DNA of 63,264 nt from Myxococcota bacterium (lineage in GTDB: Bacteria > Myxococcota_C > UBA6777). The position numbers were made by a program, and so were the translations under genes. Of the stretch, positions 9,801 to 19,134 are shown piece by piece. The notes under the pieces are model-generated. The model was not told the origin of the DNA. It ran no database searches and worked only from the letters and a program-made list of their open reading frames with translations. How positions within the stretch are numbered: position 1 is the stretch's first letter; each line of letters starts with the position of its first letter. The stretch spans positions 1 through 63,264 of the forward strand of contig JAKLKB010000046.1 of NCBI GenBank assembly GCA_023150835.1, in the 5' to 3' direction.

Positions 9801-10634
9801 CAACGTCACTTCGACCTTGGAGCCTGCTAACCCTTCTTTGGGATCGATGCTCGTCAAAGACGGCGTTTTGTCGGCCCCTTCTTGGACGTTGACGGTCAAG
9901 GAGCTTGGATCGGATTCGAGCGCACGACGATCGATCACGACCAATTCGACGATGTAGCGGCCTTCTTTGTCGGGTGTAAAGGAGGGCTTCTCCGTCGCGT
10001 CGGCCTCCAACTGAGCCGTCGATCCTGTGGGGCGGGTGGCGATCCGCCAGCGAAAGGTCAACGGATCCCCGTCTGGATCGGAGCTTTTGGAGCCATCGAA
10101 GGTCACTTTTTGCATGGGTGGCACCAGCAGATCGTCTCCTGCGACGGCGGTAGGCTTGGCATTGGGTCCATCGATGACGTTGATCTTAACGTCGCGTGGA
10201 GCGGAGGTATTTTTTTCGTCGGACACGACCAAACGTACGGTGTATTCACCTGCGACATCGGGAGTAAACGCGGTTTGCCGTGCGTTGGGATCTGCGATCG
10301 CCGCTTTGCTTTTTTCGGGTTTGGCTTCAAGGGTCCATTTGAACGTCAGCAGATCGTTTTCGGGGTCGCTACTGCGGCGTGCGTCCAACTCGACCGGCTC
10401 GTTGGTGTTGGGAGAGCTTGGCGCAAAAAAGATCACAGCGGTGGGGGCTTGGTTTGGAGGGAGCGGTTTGCTGCATTTCTTTCCACGACAAACCAACGCT
10501 TCCGTTGTTTGATCGCAGTCTTCGGGGACATCGCAGATATCGCCCAACTTGCCTTTTGGGGCCGTACAAAAAGTCAAAGTCAAGGCCAACAGGCACAACC
10601 CAAGAAGGCGTGCAAGCCTTTGTTCTTGTCGCAT
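6846..10634 (-). CDS. Large surface (lipo)protein with PKD-like and multiple IPT/TIG Ig-like domains and Cys-rich termini
   Basis: Signal/lipobox-like LLALTLTFC. Two PKD-type repeats (LDARRSSDPENDLLTFKW, FDGSKSSDPDGDPLTFRW). Many P-x-I-x-S-I-x-P...G-x-x-F...VRNPxG repeats. Confidence 0.88.
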   Translation of the reverse strand: MRQEQRLARLLGLCLLALTLTFCTAPKGKLGDICDVPEDCDQTTEALVCRGKKCSKPLPPNQAPTAVIFFAPSSPNTNEPVELDARRSSDPENDLLTFKWTLEAKPEKSKAAIADPNARQTAFTPDVAGEYTVRLVVSDEKNTSAPRDVKINVIDGPNAKPTAVAGDDLLVPPMQKVTFDGSKSSDPDGDPLTFRWRIATRPTGSTAQLEADATEKPSFTPDKEGRYIVELVVIDRRALESDPSSLTVNVQEGADKTPSLTSIDPKEGLAGSKVEVTLKGADFVQGAEVRIQNQYFPAQFVSANELKTTLDLGTQSAGTKDIFVRNPNNRFSKPAVPFEVKEVPAPEIVSIDPPQGFENAKITFRMKGRYFIDGQIEVSFDLRPVNPPAKVLSTTELEFTIDFAGEVPGKHFLKVRNTTVNKSSPDFSITIGPRPPKPVVTVLVPNFVRDRKPGPLDIYGESFEVGAKIFLELPDKTAVEIPTKRVARTNLQASPALDLSDDKKFPFGDYKVFVRNPDGQQSDEKLDLTFSGADSPPKLERILPFNWYLGEKVEGARVFGENFEQAVGGSAGSKIKIGNIEITQAGGPYGKLTWQFSSAAMTLDIDLTDTSKWQQGDQDAVIVNNNGKSSAPFKVTISYRQPSVSSVSPSGTGTTCDQLVCIDGINFTKTTYVTIGTKTYRQTDPTNPVKYESDRRLCLTVKKGDLATGTFDLIVHNGPSAQSAKANFTVSNTIVTPVINYIRPATGRADTAVAIEVYPSSSPSGTFTTAAAVYLNGKLMSTTCDASTGTNPYCYDLTANLDLSGFTPGTYPLWVANACDTRSATISFLVGDAPSPTIFSVSPPFARLRDKVDLIFKGRDFTSNHSLFINNVKVDSTFVSKEEIKTKNLYDFASASLGDIGIKIVNGNGKETPVLKFSVISSIVPTLTSIEKNVHQRGRVLPDMIVKGSDFILTSVVYVDGKAATTQYVTTSELRLLGFDATALAAGSYAVEVRNGTRISNKYPLILEPVPPPTADYLSPASITAGSANEIASLYVYGSLFSSSPASVVIIKNPQGVDISSRYTPAFNSTTYVRGKFDIVGLPAGAYSFEVRNPTGEMSNKLIFTINPPPPPVATLMSPPFAFRGNAFQNLQITGSNFVTGDFVVFDNKVTLPGTVTSATTMQVTVDLTGFRFPRTVDVFVQRCNDPPACTQIQKTSVLKLNVQNPSCTGAFAVDCTKIISPNTEACDVAGGNVCRPTCTSNATCTALDATATWTCQAGLCK

Positions 10635-11005
10635 AATTCCTCCCAACAGAAAAAACGATGGTGCGGGGTCAAAAACCATAAGATATCACCCAAACATGCC
10701 AAACAACGGTCATCGTGCGCTTTTACGCACGCTCCGTCAACGTGTAGACGCTTCGATCCCCCAAAAACAACCGCACTATACCACCTCCCAAAATTTTTCC
10801 AAGCCCTTGCTTGGCCGACTCTTTGCCGTCACATCTGTGGATAGCGCATGACACACCACTCCGCTTCCAACAAAAAAGCCTAGAAGCGGACACGGTCTCT
10901 CTGTTAGAATCCACACACAACGAAACGTCTCTCTTCGCGCCAAGGCTCCAGCGAACAGCACACAGCTTGAGATCGGCGCAACCTTACACAATAAGGGGCG
11001 AGTAA

Positions 11006-12106
11006 GTGAACAGATATCTCGGAACCATCGGCTTGTGGTTGATGTTTGGCGCTGTCTTGATCGGCGGGATCTTGAGGCCCGTCAGACAGGTCACACCGAA
11101 AGAAACGCAAAAGATCTTGCGTGTGGGCTTGGTGCTGTCGGTAGGTGGGCGAGGAGACCAGTCCTTCAATGACTCCGCCTACGAAGGTTTGATGGAAGCG
11201 CAACGCTTGTTTCGCGGTGTGCAAGTCCGATACTCCGAGCCTCGCGAAAATGCTGCAGCACGGCACGATATCGAAAACTTCGCCAAACAAGGCTTTGATC
11301 TGATCATCGGCGTCGGATTTTTGATGGCTCGTGCGGTCGAGGACATCGCGACCCAATACCCACGCCAACGCTTCGCGATCATCGATTCGGTGGTGCAGCG
11401 CCCCAACGTGGCCTCTTTGGTGTTCCAAGAACACGAAGGCTCCTATCTTGCGGGTATGTTGGCTGCGTTGGCCACCCAAACAGGCCGTGTCGCTTTTCTC
11501 GGCGGGATGGATGTTCCGCTGATCCGCAAGTTTGGGGCGGGCTTTCGCCAAGGAGTGTTGGACACTCGCCCCAACACCCCCGTGATGATCGGCTACGTCA
11601 GCGCCTCTCCCAAAGGCTTCCATGATCCCGATGGCGGCGAAAAGATCGCGACCACTTTTTTCGGCAAAGGAGCCGATATCATCTTCCACGCAGCCGGTTC
11701 TTCGGGGCATGGCGCGATCAAAGCCGCTCGAACATGGAACAAGCAGCAAACGAACCCGCTCAAAAAACGCTACATCATCGGGGTGGATGGCAATCAAGAT
11801 GCACTCGCTCCCGGCTCGGTCTTGACCTCGATGGTCAAGCGCGTCAACGTCGCAGTCTTCGAGATCGTCAAGCTGCTGTTGCTCCAACGCTTTGAGGGAC
11901 GAGTGTTCCGTTATGGCCTTGCAGAGGGCGGTGTGGATGTCACCGATGCGCGCTTTGCACGCGATCGCCTGCCCAAAGACTTTACGAGCCTTCTCCAAAA
12001 ACAGCGACTTGCGATCATCCAAGGCAAGATCCACGTCTCACCGACGTTTCCTGAGGCCAGCACTTCACAACCCACATTGATCCACAAACCCACCAAAACG
12101 CCCTAA
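11006..12106 (+). CDS. BMP-family (PnrA-like) ABC transporter substrate-binding protein, purine/nucleoside type
   Basis: GGRGDQSFNDSAYEGL, GSYLAGMLAA, GADIIFHAAG, IIGVDGNQD, VLTSMVKRV. Confidence 0.92.
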   Translation: MNRYLGTIGLWLMFGAVLIGGILRPVRQVTPKETQKILRVGLVLSVGGRGDQSFNDSAYEGLMEAQRLFRGVQVRYSEPRENAAARHDIENFAKQGFDLIIGVGFLMARAVEDIATQYPRQRFAIIDSVVQRPNVASLVFQEHEGSYLAGMLAALATQTGRVAFLGGMDVPLIRKFGAGFRQGVLDTRPNTPVMIGYVSASPKGFHDPDGGEKIATTFFGKGADIIFHAAGSSGHGAIKAARTWNKQQTNPLKKRYIIGVDGNQDALAPGSVLTSMVKRVNVAVFEIVKLLLLQRFEGRVFRYGLAEGGVDVTDARFARDRLPKDFTSLLQKQRLAIIQGKIHVSPTFPEASTSQPTLIHKPTKTP

Positions 12107-12156
12107 CGATCAGATCATTCGACGGTAGGTAGGACTTACGCAGTGGGAGGGTGTTT

Positions 12157-12279
12157 GTGGGTTTCACCCCAAGCCCCACAAGGGAGCGCGGCTCTATGGA
12201 CCCCGTGTTTGGCGAAGAGTTCATCGGTTTCCAAAACAATCACTCTGTCGCTTGAAGTGTCACGAACACGGCTTTTTTT
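12157..12279 (+). repeat. Dispersed repeat family A, copy 1 (~120 bp, structured)
   Basis: GTGGG(G)TTTCACCCC...CAAGGGA...GACCCCGTGTT...CGCTTGA...AACACGGCTTTTT; homologous to 32909, 60935 and 61598. Confidence 0.85.
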
Positions 12280-12354
12280 GGCCACTGCGTAAGTCCGATG
12301 TAGAGGATGCAGCCAACACCTCACCACCGCCGATCACACAAAGGAGCGCTCCAG

Positions 12355-14118
12355 ATGCCCAACCCAAGCCTTCTCACCGAACAATCCCTATCTTCGGCGG
12401 CTTCGCTCCCTTCTTCTGTGTTGCTGGGACTTCATCAGATCACCTGCCGATTCCCCAACGGCTTCGTCGCCAACCAAGCCATCGACCTACACATTCAAAA
12501 AGGTAGTGTACACGCCCTTTTAGGGGAAAATGGCGCAGGAAAATCCACATTGATGAAGATCGCCTTCGGGATGCTTCAACCCACCCAAGGCTTCCTCTCA
12601 TGGAAAGGCCAGCCGATCACCTTTCGTTCTGCCGCCGATGCAAAAGCCTGTGGAATCGGTATGGTTCACCAACACTTTATGCTTGTTCCCACGCTGCGCG
12701 TCTGGGAAAATCTTGTCCTCGGACAAGAAACCTTCGCTTTCGGGTGGCTTACGCCGCAACGCGCTCGCCACAAGATCCAACAACTCGCCGCTCGCTACGG
12801 AATGGAGATCGATGTAGACGCCTACGCTGGCGACCTCTCTGTCGGCCAGCAACAACGCGTCGAGATCCTCAAAGCCCTCTACCGCGAGATCGATCTCTTG
12901 ATCCTTGACGAACCCACCGCAGTCCTCACCCCCCAAGAAATCGACACCTTGTTTGCCAGCCTCCGCCAACTCGTTTCAGACGGACTCACCATCCTTTTTA
13001 TCTCCCACAAACTCCGCGAAGTCCGCGCTCTCGCCAACACCGTCAGCATCTTACGACGTGGGCAAAAAGTGGACGAAGGCCCCATCGCCGAGATGGACGA
13101 CGAACGCATCACCCGCTCCATGATCGGTCGCCTCCCCTCCCCTCCCCAAAAAACACCGCGTACCACAACCCCCCCTGTCTTCGAGATCCGCGATATCTCC
13201 GTCCCAAGAACCCCCTCACAACAAGCGATCCGCGATCTGTCTTTGACCGTCCACGCAGGCGAGATCGTCGGTATCGCAGGCGTCGAAGGCAACGGTCAAC
13301 ACGAACTGATCGAGGCCATCGTCGGCTTACGCCCTCTCAGCGCAGGCTCCTTGCACCTCGCACCCTCCGACACTTCCGCATCCACATCACATCCTCCCCG
13401 TCTATCCGACACTTCCGCCCATAATCCCAATCCGCCCGACCTACCCGATACTTCCGCATCCACCTCACATCCTCCCCGCCCATCCGACACTTCCGCCACC
13501 CCTTCCGCACGATCTCTTCATCCGCCCTTCCATACGCTGTCTACAACACAGCGATTGGCCGCAGGCATGGCTTATGTCCCCGAAGATCGGCAACATCACG
13601 GCGTCGTTATGGATCACACGATCCAAGAAAATCTGCTGCTTGGAAGACAACACGAAGCCGCCTTTTTGCACCAAGGTTTTTGGCTCGCGCATGAATCCAT
13701 CCAACAACACACCCAAGCGCAGATCGCGCATTTTCAGATCCACCCGCCTGATCCATCGGCCATCCTGCGCAGCCTCTCTGGAGGCAACCAACAAAAAGTC
13801 TTGATGGCCCGCGAAACCACACGACCTGCGCACTTTTTCTTGATCGCCCACCCAACACGCGGTGTCGACGTCGGAGCCATCGAGATCATCCACGACGTCT
13901 TACTTCAACTCCGAGCAAAGGGAGCCGCGATCTTGCTGATCTCTTCTGAAATGCCCGAGCTGCTCGCACTTTGTGATCGCATCCTTGTCCTCTACAACGG
14001 CGCTTTCATGGGACTCCACCACGCCCATGAAACCAACGAACAAGCCCTTGGGCGACAAATGCTCGGTCTGCCACAAGAACCCACCCAAACATCCGCTGCG
14101 AACGATCCTCCGCGTTAG
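12355..14118 (+). CDS. ABC transporter ATP-binding protein with two fused NBDs (sugar/nucleoside type), carrying an in-frame repeat insert
   Basis: GENGAGKST, LSVGQQQRVEILKAL, ILDEPT, GVEGNGQ, LSGGNQQK, HPTRGVDVG. AAGGAG precedes ATG 12355. Confidence 0.93.
   Translation: MPNPSLLTEQSLSSAASLPSSVLLGLHQITCRFPNGFVANQAIDLHIQKGSVHALLGENGAGKSTLMKIAFGMLQPTQGFLSWKGQPITFRSAADAKACGIGMVHQHFMLVPTLRVWENLVLGQETFAFGWLTPQRARHKIQQLAARYGMEIDVDAYAGDLSVGQQQRVEILKALYREIDLLILDEPTAVLTPQEIDTLFASLRQLVSDGLTILFISHKLREVRALANTVSILRRGQKVDEGPIAEMDDERITRSMIGRLPSPPQKTPRTTTPPVFEIRDISVPRTPSQQAIRDLSLTVHAGEIVGIAGVEGNGQHELIEAIVGLRPLSAGSLHLAPSDTSASTSHPPRLSDTSAHNPNPPDLPDTSASTSHPPRPSDTSATPSARSLHPPFHTLSTTQRLAAGMAYVPEDRQHHGVVMDHTIQENLLLGRQHEAAFLHQGFWLAHESIQQHTQAQIAHFQIHPPDPSAILRSLSGGNQQKVLMARETTRPAHFFLIAHPTRGVDVGAIEIIHDVLLQLRAKGAAILLISSEMPELLALCDRILVLYNGAFMGLHHAHETNEQALGRQMLGLPQEPTQTSAANDPPR
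13365..13500 (+). repeat. In-frame 39-bp (13-aa) degenerate tandem repeat, ~3.5 units, inside the ABC ATPase
   Basis: CCGA(C/T)ACTTCCGC recurs at 13367, 13406, 13445 and 13484 (SDTSASTSHPPRL-type units). Confidence 0.85.
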
Positions 14119-14167
14119 CGCCCGTTGACAGGCACCCGCCGCCCACAAGAACTCCCCCACACGCCTC

Positions 14168-14282
14168 ATACGATATCCAAAGTAATGTGTACACAAAGGA
14201 GAGTACGTAGACGCCCTATTCTTGAGCAGACACAGGGGTCTGCCCCTGCACCCTTAACGATCACACCACGGGCGGATCTCGT
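14168..14282. mobile_element. MITE-like family B, copy 1 (115 bp)
   Basis: Ends ATACGATATCC / CGGATCTCGT with an internal REP-like hairpin; homologous to 33069, 33185, 36152 and 52511. Confidence 0.75.
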
Positions 14283-14502
14283 CCAACCTACAGGCTCCCT
14301 GCCATACAGCCGCGTCGACTTTCTTGCCAAGCCTAGATCACAGCGTTAGGTTTGCCGTGCTTGATCCCCAACGCTCTTCCAAGGCCCGCTGCGGTCCACT
14401 CGGACGGCCCAAACAACAGCCTCCAACCCCCAACACACCGCATCAAGGGATCGATCGATTTTAGATGTATTGCTTTTGGGAAAGGGACAAAAGGAGATTC
14501 CT

Positions 14503-15504
14503 ATGTCAGAAAAAGACTTATATAAGATCCTTGGCGTTGCAAAAAACGCCAGCCAAGACGAAATAAAAACGGCCTACAAAAAGCTCGCCATGAAGTACCA
14601 CCCTGATCGCAATCCTGATGATCCCAAAGCCGCCGAAGAACGCTTTAAGGAGATCGCCGTAGCCCACGAAGTCCTCGGTGATGCCGATAAACGTAAGCTT
14701 TACGACGAATTTGGGACAGCAGCTTTGCGGGCTGGCTTTGACGCAGAAAAAGCCCGTGCATACCGTTGGGGCGGTCAAAGTAGTGGTTTTGGTGGAGCCG
14801 ATGCGGGGTTTGATATCGGCTCGCTGTTCGAGCAGTTCTTTGGTGGAGGGCGTGGCGCGAATCCTTTTGGTTCGATCTTTAGCGGCATGGGCGGCATGGG
14901 TGGTATGGGAAACGATCCGTTTGGAGGCCGCACACAAGGCCCCCGCCCGTCCGCAGGCGGCGATATAGAAGCCACCCTCGAACTTGATTTCACAGAAGCC
15001 CTCCAAGGCACCACACGCGAGATCCGCCATCCAAGCGGCACAGGAAACCTCAAAGTCAATATCCCTCCGGGCGTCAAAGAAGGCGGGCGGATCCGCCTGC
15101 GCGGAAAAGGCCAAGTCGGACGCAACGGCGGTCCTGCCGGCGATCTGCTCTTGCTCCCCAAGATCCGCAAACATCCGTTCTTTTCGCGAGAAGAAGACGA
15201 TATCTTTTTGGATCTCCCGATCACGTTGAAAGAAGCCTATCTTGGCGCACAGATCGAGATCCCCACCCCCGACGGCGGCACACTCCAACTCAAGATCCCA
15301 CCGAGCAGCCAAACAGGACAAAAGCTACGCTTGCGTGGAAAAGGCGTACCCAAGGGCAAAAACGACGGAGCAGGCGATCTCTTCGTGGTCCTCAAAGTGT
15401 TGGTCCCCAAAAAACAAGACGAGCGCCTCAAAGACTTGATCCTTGCGATAGATGACTTCTACGAAGGCGACCCTCGCGCAGAACTCCACAACCCCAAAGT
15501 CTAA
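14503..15504 (+). CDS. DnaJ-class chaperone lacking the zinc finger (CbpA/DnaJ class B)
   Basis: J domain with HPD (KYHPDRNP), G/F-rich region, C-terminal IPPGV...IRLRGKG...GDL repeats, no CxxCxGxG. AAGGAG precedes ATG 14503. Confidence 0.93.
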   Translation: MSEKDLYKILGVAKNASQDEIKTAYKKLAMKYHPDRNPDDPKAAEERFKEIAVAHEVLGDADKRKLYDEFGTAALRAGFDAEKARAYRWGGQSSGFGGADAGFDIGSLFEQFFGGGRGANPFGSIFSGMGGMGGMGNDPFGGRTQGPRPSAGGDIEATLELDFTEALQGTTREIRHPSGTGNLKVNIPPGVKEGGRIRLRGKGQVGRNGGPAGDLLLLPKIRKHPFFSREEDDIFLDLPITLKEAYLGAQIEIPTPDGGTLQLKIPPSSQTGQKLRLRGKGVPKGKNDGAGDLFVVLKVLVPKKQDERLKDLILAIDDFYEGDPRAELHNPKV

Positions 15505-15543
15505 TCGTCGCGCAACACCAGTCCCTGAGCGAAAAGAGCTCGC

Positions 15544-15657
15544 CTTCCCGCAGGCCCCCCACCCACCGTCGAAAATAGGCTATCGAAGACTTGCGCGATA
15601 AAAAGCGCTTCGATCTCGCTTCCCGCAGGCCCCCCACCCACCGTCGAAAATAGGCTA
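15544..15657. repeat. 39-bp direct repeat x2 (75-bp period) that includes the phhA stop codon
   Basis: CTTCCCGCAGGCCCCCCACCCACCGTCGAAAATAGGCTA at 15544-15582 and 15619-15657. Confidence 0.9.
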
Positions 15658-16536
15658 CCCCTGCCAGCTTTCAAAAAATGCCCCCAATGTCTCGTACATC
15701 TGCTCAAAAGAATCCGCGCAGAAAAGCACAGGCTGATAGCGCGTGACGTCATAAGGAAGCGCCTGCATCTCTTCAAGCACAAAAGGCCGTAGTTCGGCTT
15801 TGGACATCGCCTCGATCTCGCCAGCCGAAGACAACAAACCCGCCCCGTACGCCTTGACCTCGGAGCCTTCACGCAACACGCCAAACTCGATCGTGTACCA
15901 ATACACACGCCCCAAACGTTCCAACGCTTCTTCGCCTTCGGTGCGTTGGGCTGCGGCTCCGATCAGCCGATTGAGATGCGCGAACTTGGGGCTTGCAAGC
16001 ATAGCGGCATGGCCGATCAGTTCGTGAACGACGTCTGGTTCGGGTGTGTACAGCGGCGTGGAGTGATGTCGGATGTACTGCGTGGAAAGAAATACACCGT
16101 CCCCCAGCGTAGCCAAAAAAACCTTAGGAAGAACCAATCCGCCTACAGGTTCAAGACGAAAACCACTTAACTTTTGAACTCGCGCAGAAACATCCTCAAG
16201 CTGAGGGATCGTCTCGTGTGGCAGATCGAGCAAAGCCCGATAACGCATATACTCGGAACATGCGTGCTTTTGGTGAGCAAGCTCGACGCTGCGCCAAACC
16301 TCCCGCCAAACCCCGTGTTCTTCGGGCGTATAAGGCGCATCAGGGACAGGTGTTCCGGGAACGTATTCCATCGCGATCTGCGCGATCACGTTGCGGCGTT
16401 TTCGATATTCGAGATCCCGAAACCCCGGATGATCAGGGTCTAATTGAACGATAGCTTGTCGACCTTCCATCACGATCGCCGAGTTGGCGGTGTTGGTGTT
16501 CGTATCCAAAACAGTAGAAGAAGACCTTTGCTCCAT
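15655..16536 (-). CDS. phhA: Phenylalanine 4-hydroxylase (biopterin-dependent aromatic amino acid hydroxylase)
   Basis: STQYIRH, YTPEPDVVHELIGH (Fe ligands), YWYTIEFG, AYGAGLLSS. Confidence 0.95.
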   Translation of the reverse strand: MEQRSSSTVLDTNTNTANSAIVMEGRQAIVQLDPDHPGFRDLEYRKRRNVIAQIAMEYVPGTPVPDAPYTPEEHGVWREVWRSVELAHQKHACSEYMRYRALLDLPHETIPQLEDVSARVQKLSGFRLEPVGGLVLPKVFLATLGDGVFLSTQYIRHHSTPLYTPEPDVVHELIGHAAMLASPKFAHLNRLIGAAAQRTEGEEALERLGRVYWYTIEFGVLREGSEVKAYGAGLLSSAGEIEAMSKAELRPFVLEEMQALPYDVTRYQPVLFCADSFEQMYETLGAFFESWQG

Positions 16537-16658
16537 AAATCACCTCTGCCAAGTCGCCGCTGCTTCGGCTTGCTCAGGCACAATTGCCCCTTTCACAAGA
16601 GAAGACAGCGCGATCTCACGATCTTGCAACAATTTTAGAAAGTCCGCTCCGGTGGTCT

Positions 16659-18464
16659 TTAACGAGGCTTGTTGCCTCCTGTTTTGCGGCTGTTTGCGAT
16701 GGATTGGATGGTGTCACGCAAACGCCGCGTCAACACCCGCCATCGCGCCTCTTGGAACTTTTGAGCCATCACGGGATCTTGGCCCAAGAGGCCCAACAGG
16801 GCCTGCCCTTCGATCTCCACCAACGCCACGGCTTTTCGTACAATCGCCGTGCAATACGCTGGATCTTTCGACTCGATCTCCGACTCTCCAAGCGAATCCC
16901 CCGCAGACAACACCCAGATCGGCTCTTTGTCGCGAAACAATTCAATCTCCCCCTCGGAAAACAACCAGAGAGACGAAACCGCCGCACCTTGCGTCCACAA
17001 GATCTCTCCCGGGCGGCAACTCCGAACACGTCCGATCCCCGCCAGTTTGCGCAACTCTTGGTACGTCAACGCACCAAACAACGCACTATCCCCCAGTATC
17101 TGCAAGCAGCGTTCAGGTTCCGACGAAGGATCTGTCGCCTTGGCTTGTTGTGCAGGAACGCCTCGTTGTGGGCGCGTAGCCATCGGAGACGCCGTCCCCC
17201 CTGTCAAGGGAGGCATCTCCAGATCCGTGTGTGTATTTTCCAGAGCAAAGTCTTCGGCACCAAAATCCGCCAGAGTATGTTCCCCGCCGACACGCCCCTT
17301 TTGATCGGCAGGCGTGGGAGGATGCTCTTCCAGAGAAAAAGCCCGCGAAGGCTCTTGTGCGTAGCCGAAAGACGGCGAGCGCGTCGGTGGGTACGAAGCC
17401 GCAGGCGAACTAGACGGAGACGACCAGCTCAAGGGACCCGATGCAGAAGAAGGCGACGTAGTAGACAGCCGATTCGACGGACTCGAAACAGGCGAGGATG
17501 GCGCAGGCGAGGACGGCGACCAAGCCGAGGGACCCGACATTGAAGGAGGCGGAGGGCCTGATGGAGGTGGCGGCGGGGGGGGAGGGATTGCGCTCGAATT
17601 CGACGGTGAAGCGGGGCCTTTGATTCGTGGAAGCTCCCTTGTTTCTTCGACTTCACGCCGCTGTGGGGCTTTGGTTTCATACACGCGGCCTTCCGCCTCG
17701 CTATCGACCGCAAGCACGATCACCGTCACGTTATCGGCTCCCCCCGAACGATTGGCGTGATCCACCAAAGCATGCGCCAGATTGGCTTCGCCATGTTCTT
17801 GCATAAAATTCGGCAGTTCTCCCGGTCGCAAATAAGAATGCAACCCATCACTGCATAGAAGAAAGCGATCCCCGGGTTGGAGATCCACAAAAAACAGTTC
17901 TGGTTTCAGGCGATCGGCCATCCCCAAAGCCCGCGTGATCACGTTTTTCTGTGGCGAATTCGCCATCTCCTCACGCGAGATCATCCCCATCTTGTATTGT
18001 TCCACAACGAGCGAGTGATCTTCGGTCAATGGGTATTCGATACCACCCCGCAACAAATAACAACGACTGTCTCCAACGTGCGCAACCAGCGCAAAATCAC
18101 GCAAAACGGCCATCGCGCAAAGGGTGGTTCCCATTCGGAAATTTCCACCCCGCATCTTCGATTCGGAGTAAAGACCGTACGAGATATCCTGTAAAGCTTG
18201 TTCCATAAATATTCGCACATCTTGGCGATACCCCGGGAATTCATAAATCCCCCGCGTGAACAGATCACGGCGTGCAAGCATCTTTTCTTTCAATCCATCC
18301 AACGACGAACGGCTCGCCACATCCCCCGCATCATGCCCACCCATCCCGTCAGCCACAGCATACAAACCGATGGAAGGCTCGATTACATAGGAATCTTCGT
18401 TATGTTTGCGACGCATTCCTACGTCTGTGTGCGCCCACACATGCAATCTTTGCGATCCTGACAT
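16659..18464 (-). CDS. PP2C-family Ser/Thr phosphatase with Pro/Ser-rich linker and C-terminal cyclic-nucleotide-binding-like domain
   Basis: TDVGMRRKHNED, VADGMGGH, MGTT, HVGDSR, DHS, LCSDGL, GGADNVT. C-terminal LF..L...EL..L...GE.L...G...GDSLGE pattern. Confidence 0.92.
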   Translation of the reverse strand: MSGSQRLHVWAHTDVGMRRKHNEDSYVIEPSIGLYAVADGMGGHDAGDVASRSSLDGLKEKMLARRDLFTRGIYEFPGYRQDVRIFMEQALQDISYGLYSESKMRGGNFRMGTTLCAMAVLRDFALVAHVGDSRCYLLRGGIEYPLTEDHSLVVEQYKMGMISREEMANSPQKNVITRALGMADRLKPELFFVDLQPGDRFLLCSDGLHSYLRPGELPNFMQEHGEANLAHALVDHANRSGGADNVTVIVLAVDSEAEGRVYETKAPQRREVEETRELPRIKGPASPSNSSAIPPPPPPPPSGPPPPSMSGPSAWSPSSPAPSSPVSSPSNRLSTTSPSSASGPLSWSSPSSSPAASYPPTRSPSFGYAQEPSRAFSLEEHPPTPADQKGRVGGEHTLADFGAEDFALENTHTDLEMPPLTGGTASPMATRPQRGVPAQQAKATDPSSEPERCLQILGDSALFGALTYQELRKLAGIGRVRSCRPGEILWTQGAAVSSLWLFSEGEIELFRDKEPIWVLSAGDSLGESEIESKDPAYCTAIVRKAVALVEIEGQALLGLLGQDPVMAQKFQEARWRVLTRRLRDTIQSIANSRKTGGNKPR

Positions 18465-19134
18465 CCTGTGCTGCTCCTCTGCGACTTTTCGATGACGCCC
18501 TCAACGAAGAAAGAACCACGCGACCTTGCCCATCGCAGCGCTCTGACCTTTCTCGCGGCCATCCTACTACGCCCCCCGCACGCACGCAAACCCTTTCTGC
18601 AAACGATCGCCCTTTCCTTGAGAATCCTCCACCCCAGTCCTCCCCCACACCTCGCACCACACAGATCCCCACCACGCCACCACACCACCAAACAGTTCTC
18701 TTGCGATCTGTCGCCCGCAAAAGCAGGCAACACGCAGCTTCCACCGATTCGCTCCAAAAGCAACACAGGTTTTTGCCGCAGCAGCAAACCACCAAACAGG
18801 TGTCAAAGAAAAGATGTTTGCATTTTATGAAAAGGCATGACAATTTCTCTCGTCACGGATCCTCTGGGTTGCTAGGTTGCTTTGGAGCGGTGGGCTTTCT
18901 TCGCGTATGCAAAGAAGCACAGCTTCACTATCGCAAAAACACCCATCGGGCAAAGGCCCCGATATGTCGGCCACAACGCTTTTTCATCACACGCCCAAAC
19001 CAATGCTCCTCCCAAGTTTCCGATCCGACAGGGGGTTACAGAACGTTCATTTGTGCCAACGACACACAGCCCACCTCTGCTGGACGCGACGTGGGACGTT
19101 TCGTGTGCGGACGCACAACAAGAGGAGATCAAGC

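Noticed and set aside
14290-14500. Possible sRNA or CIRCE element upstream of the DnaJ-class gene
   Set aside because: No TTAGCACTC-N9-GAGTGCTAA, and only short, unconvincing pairings.
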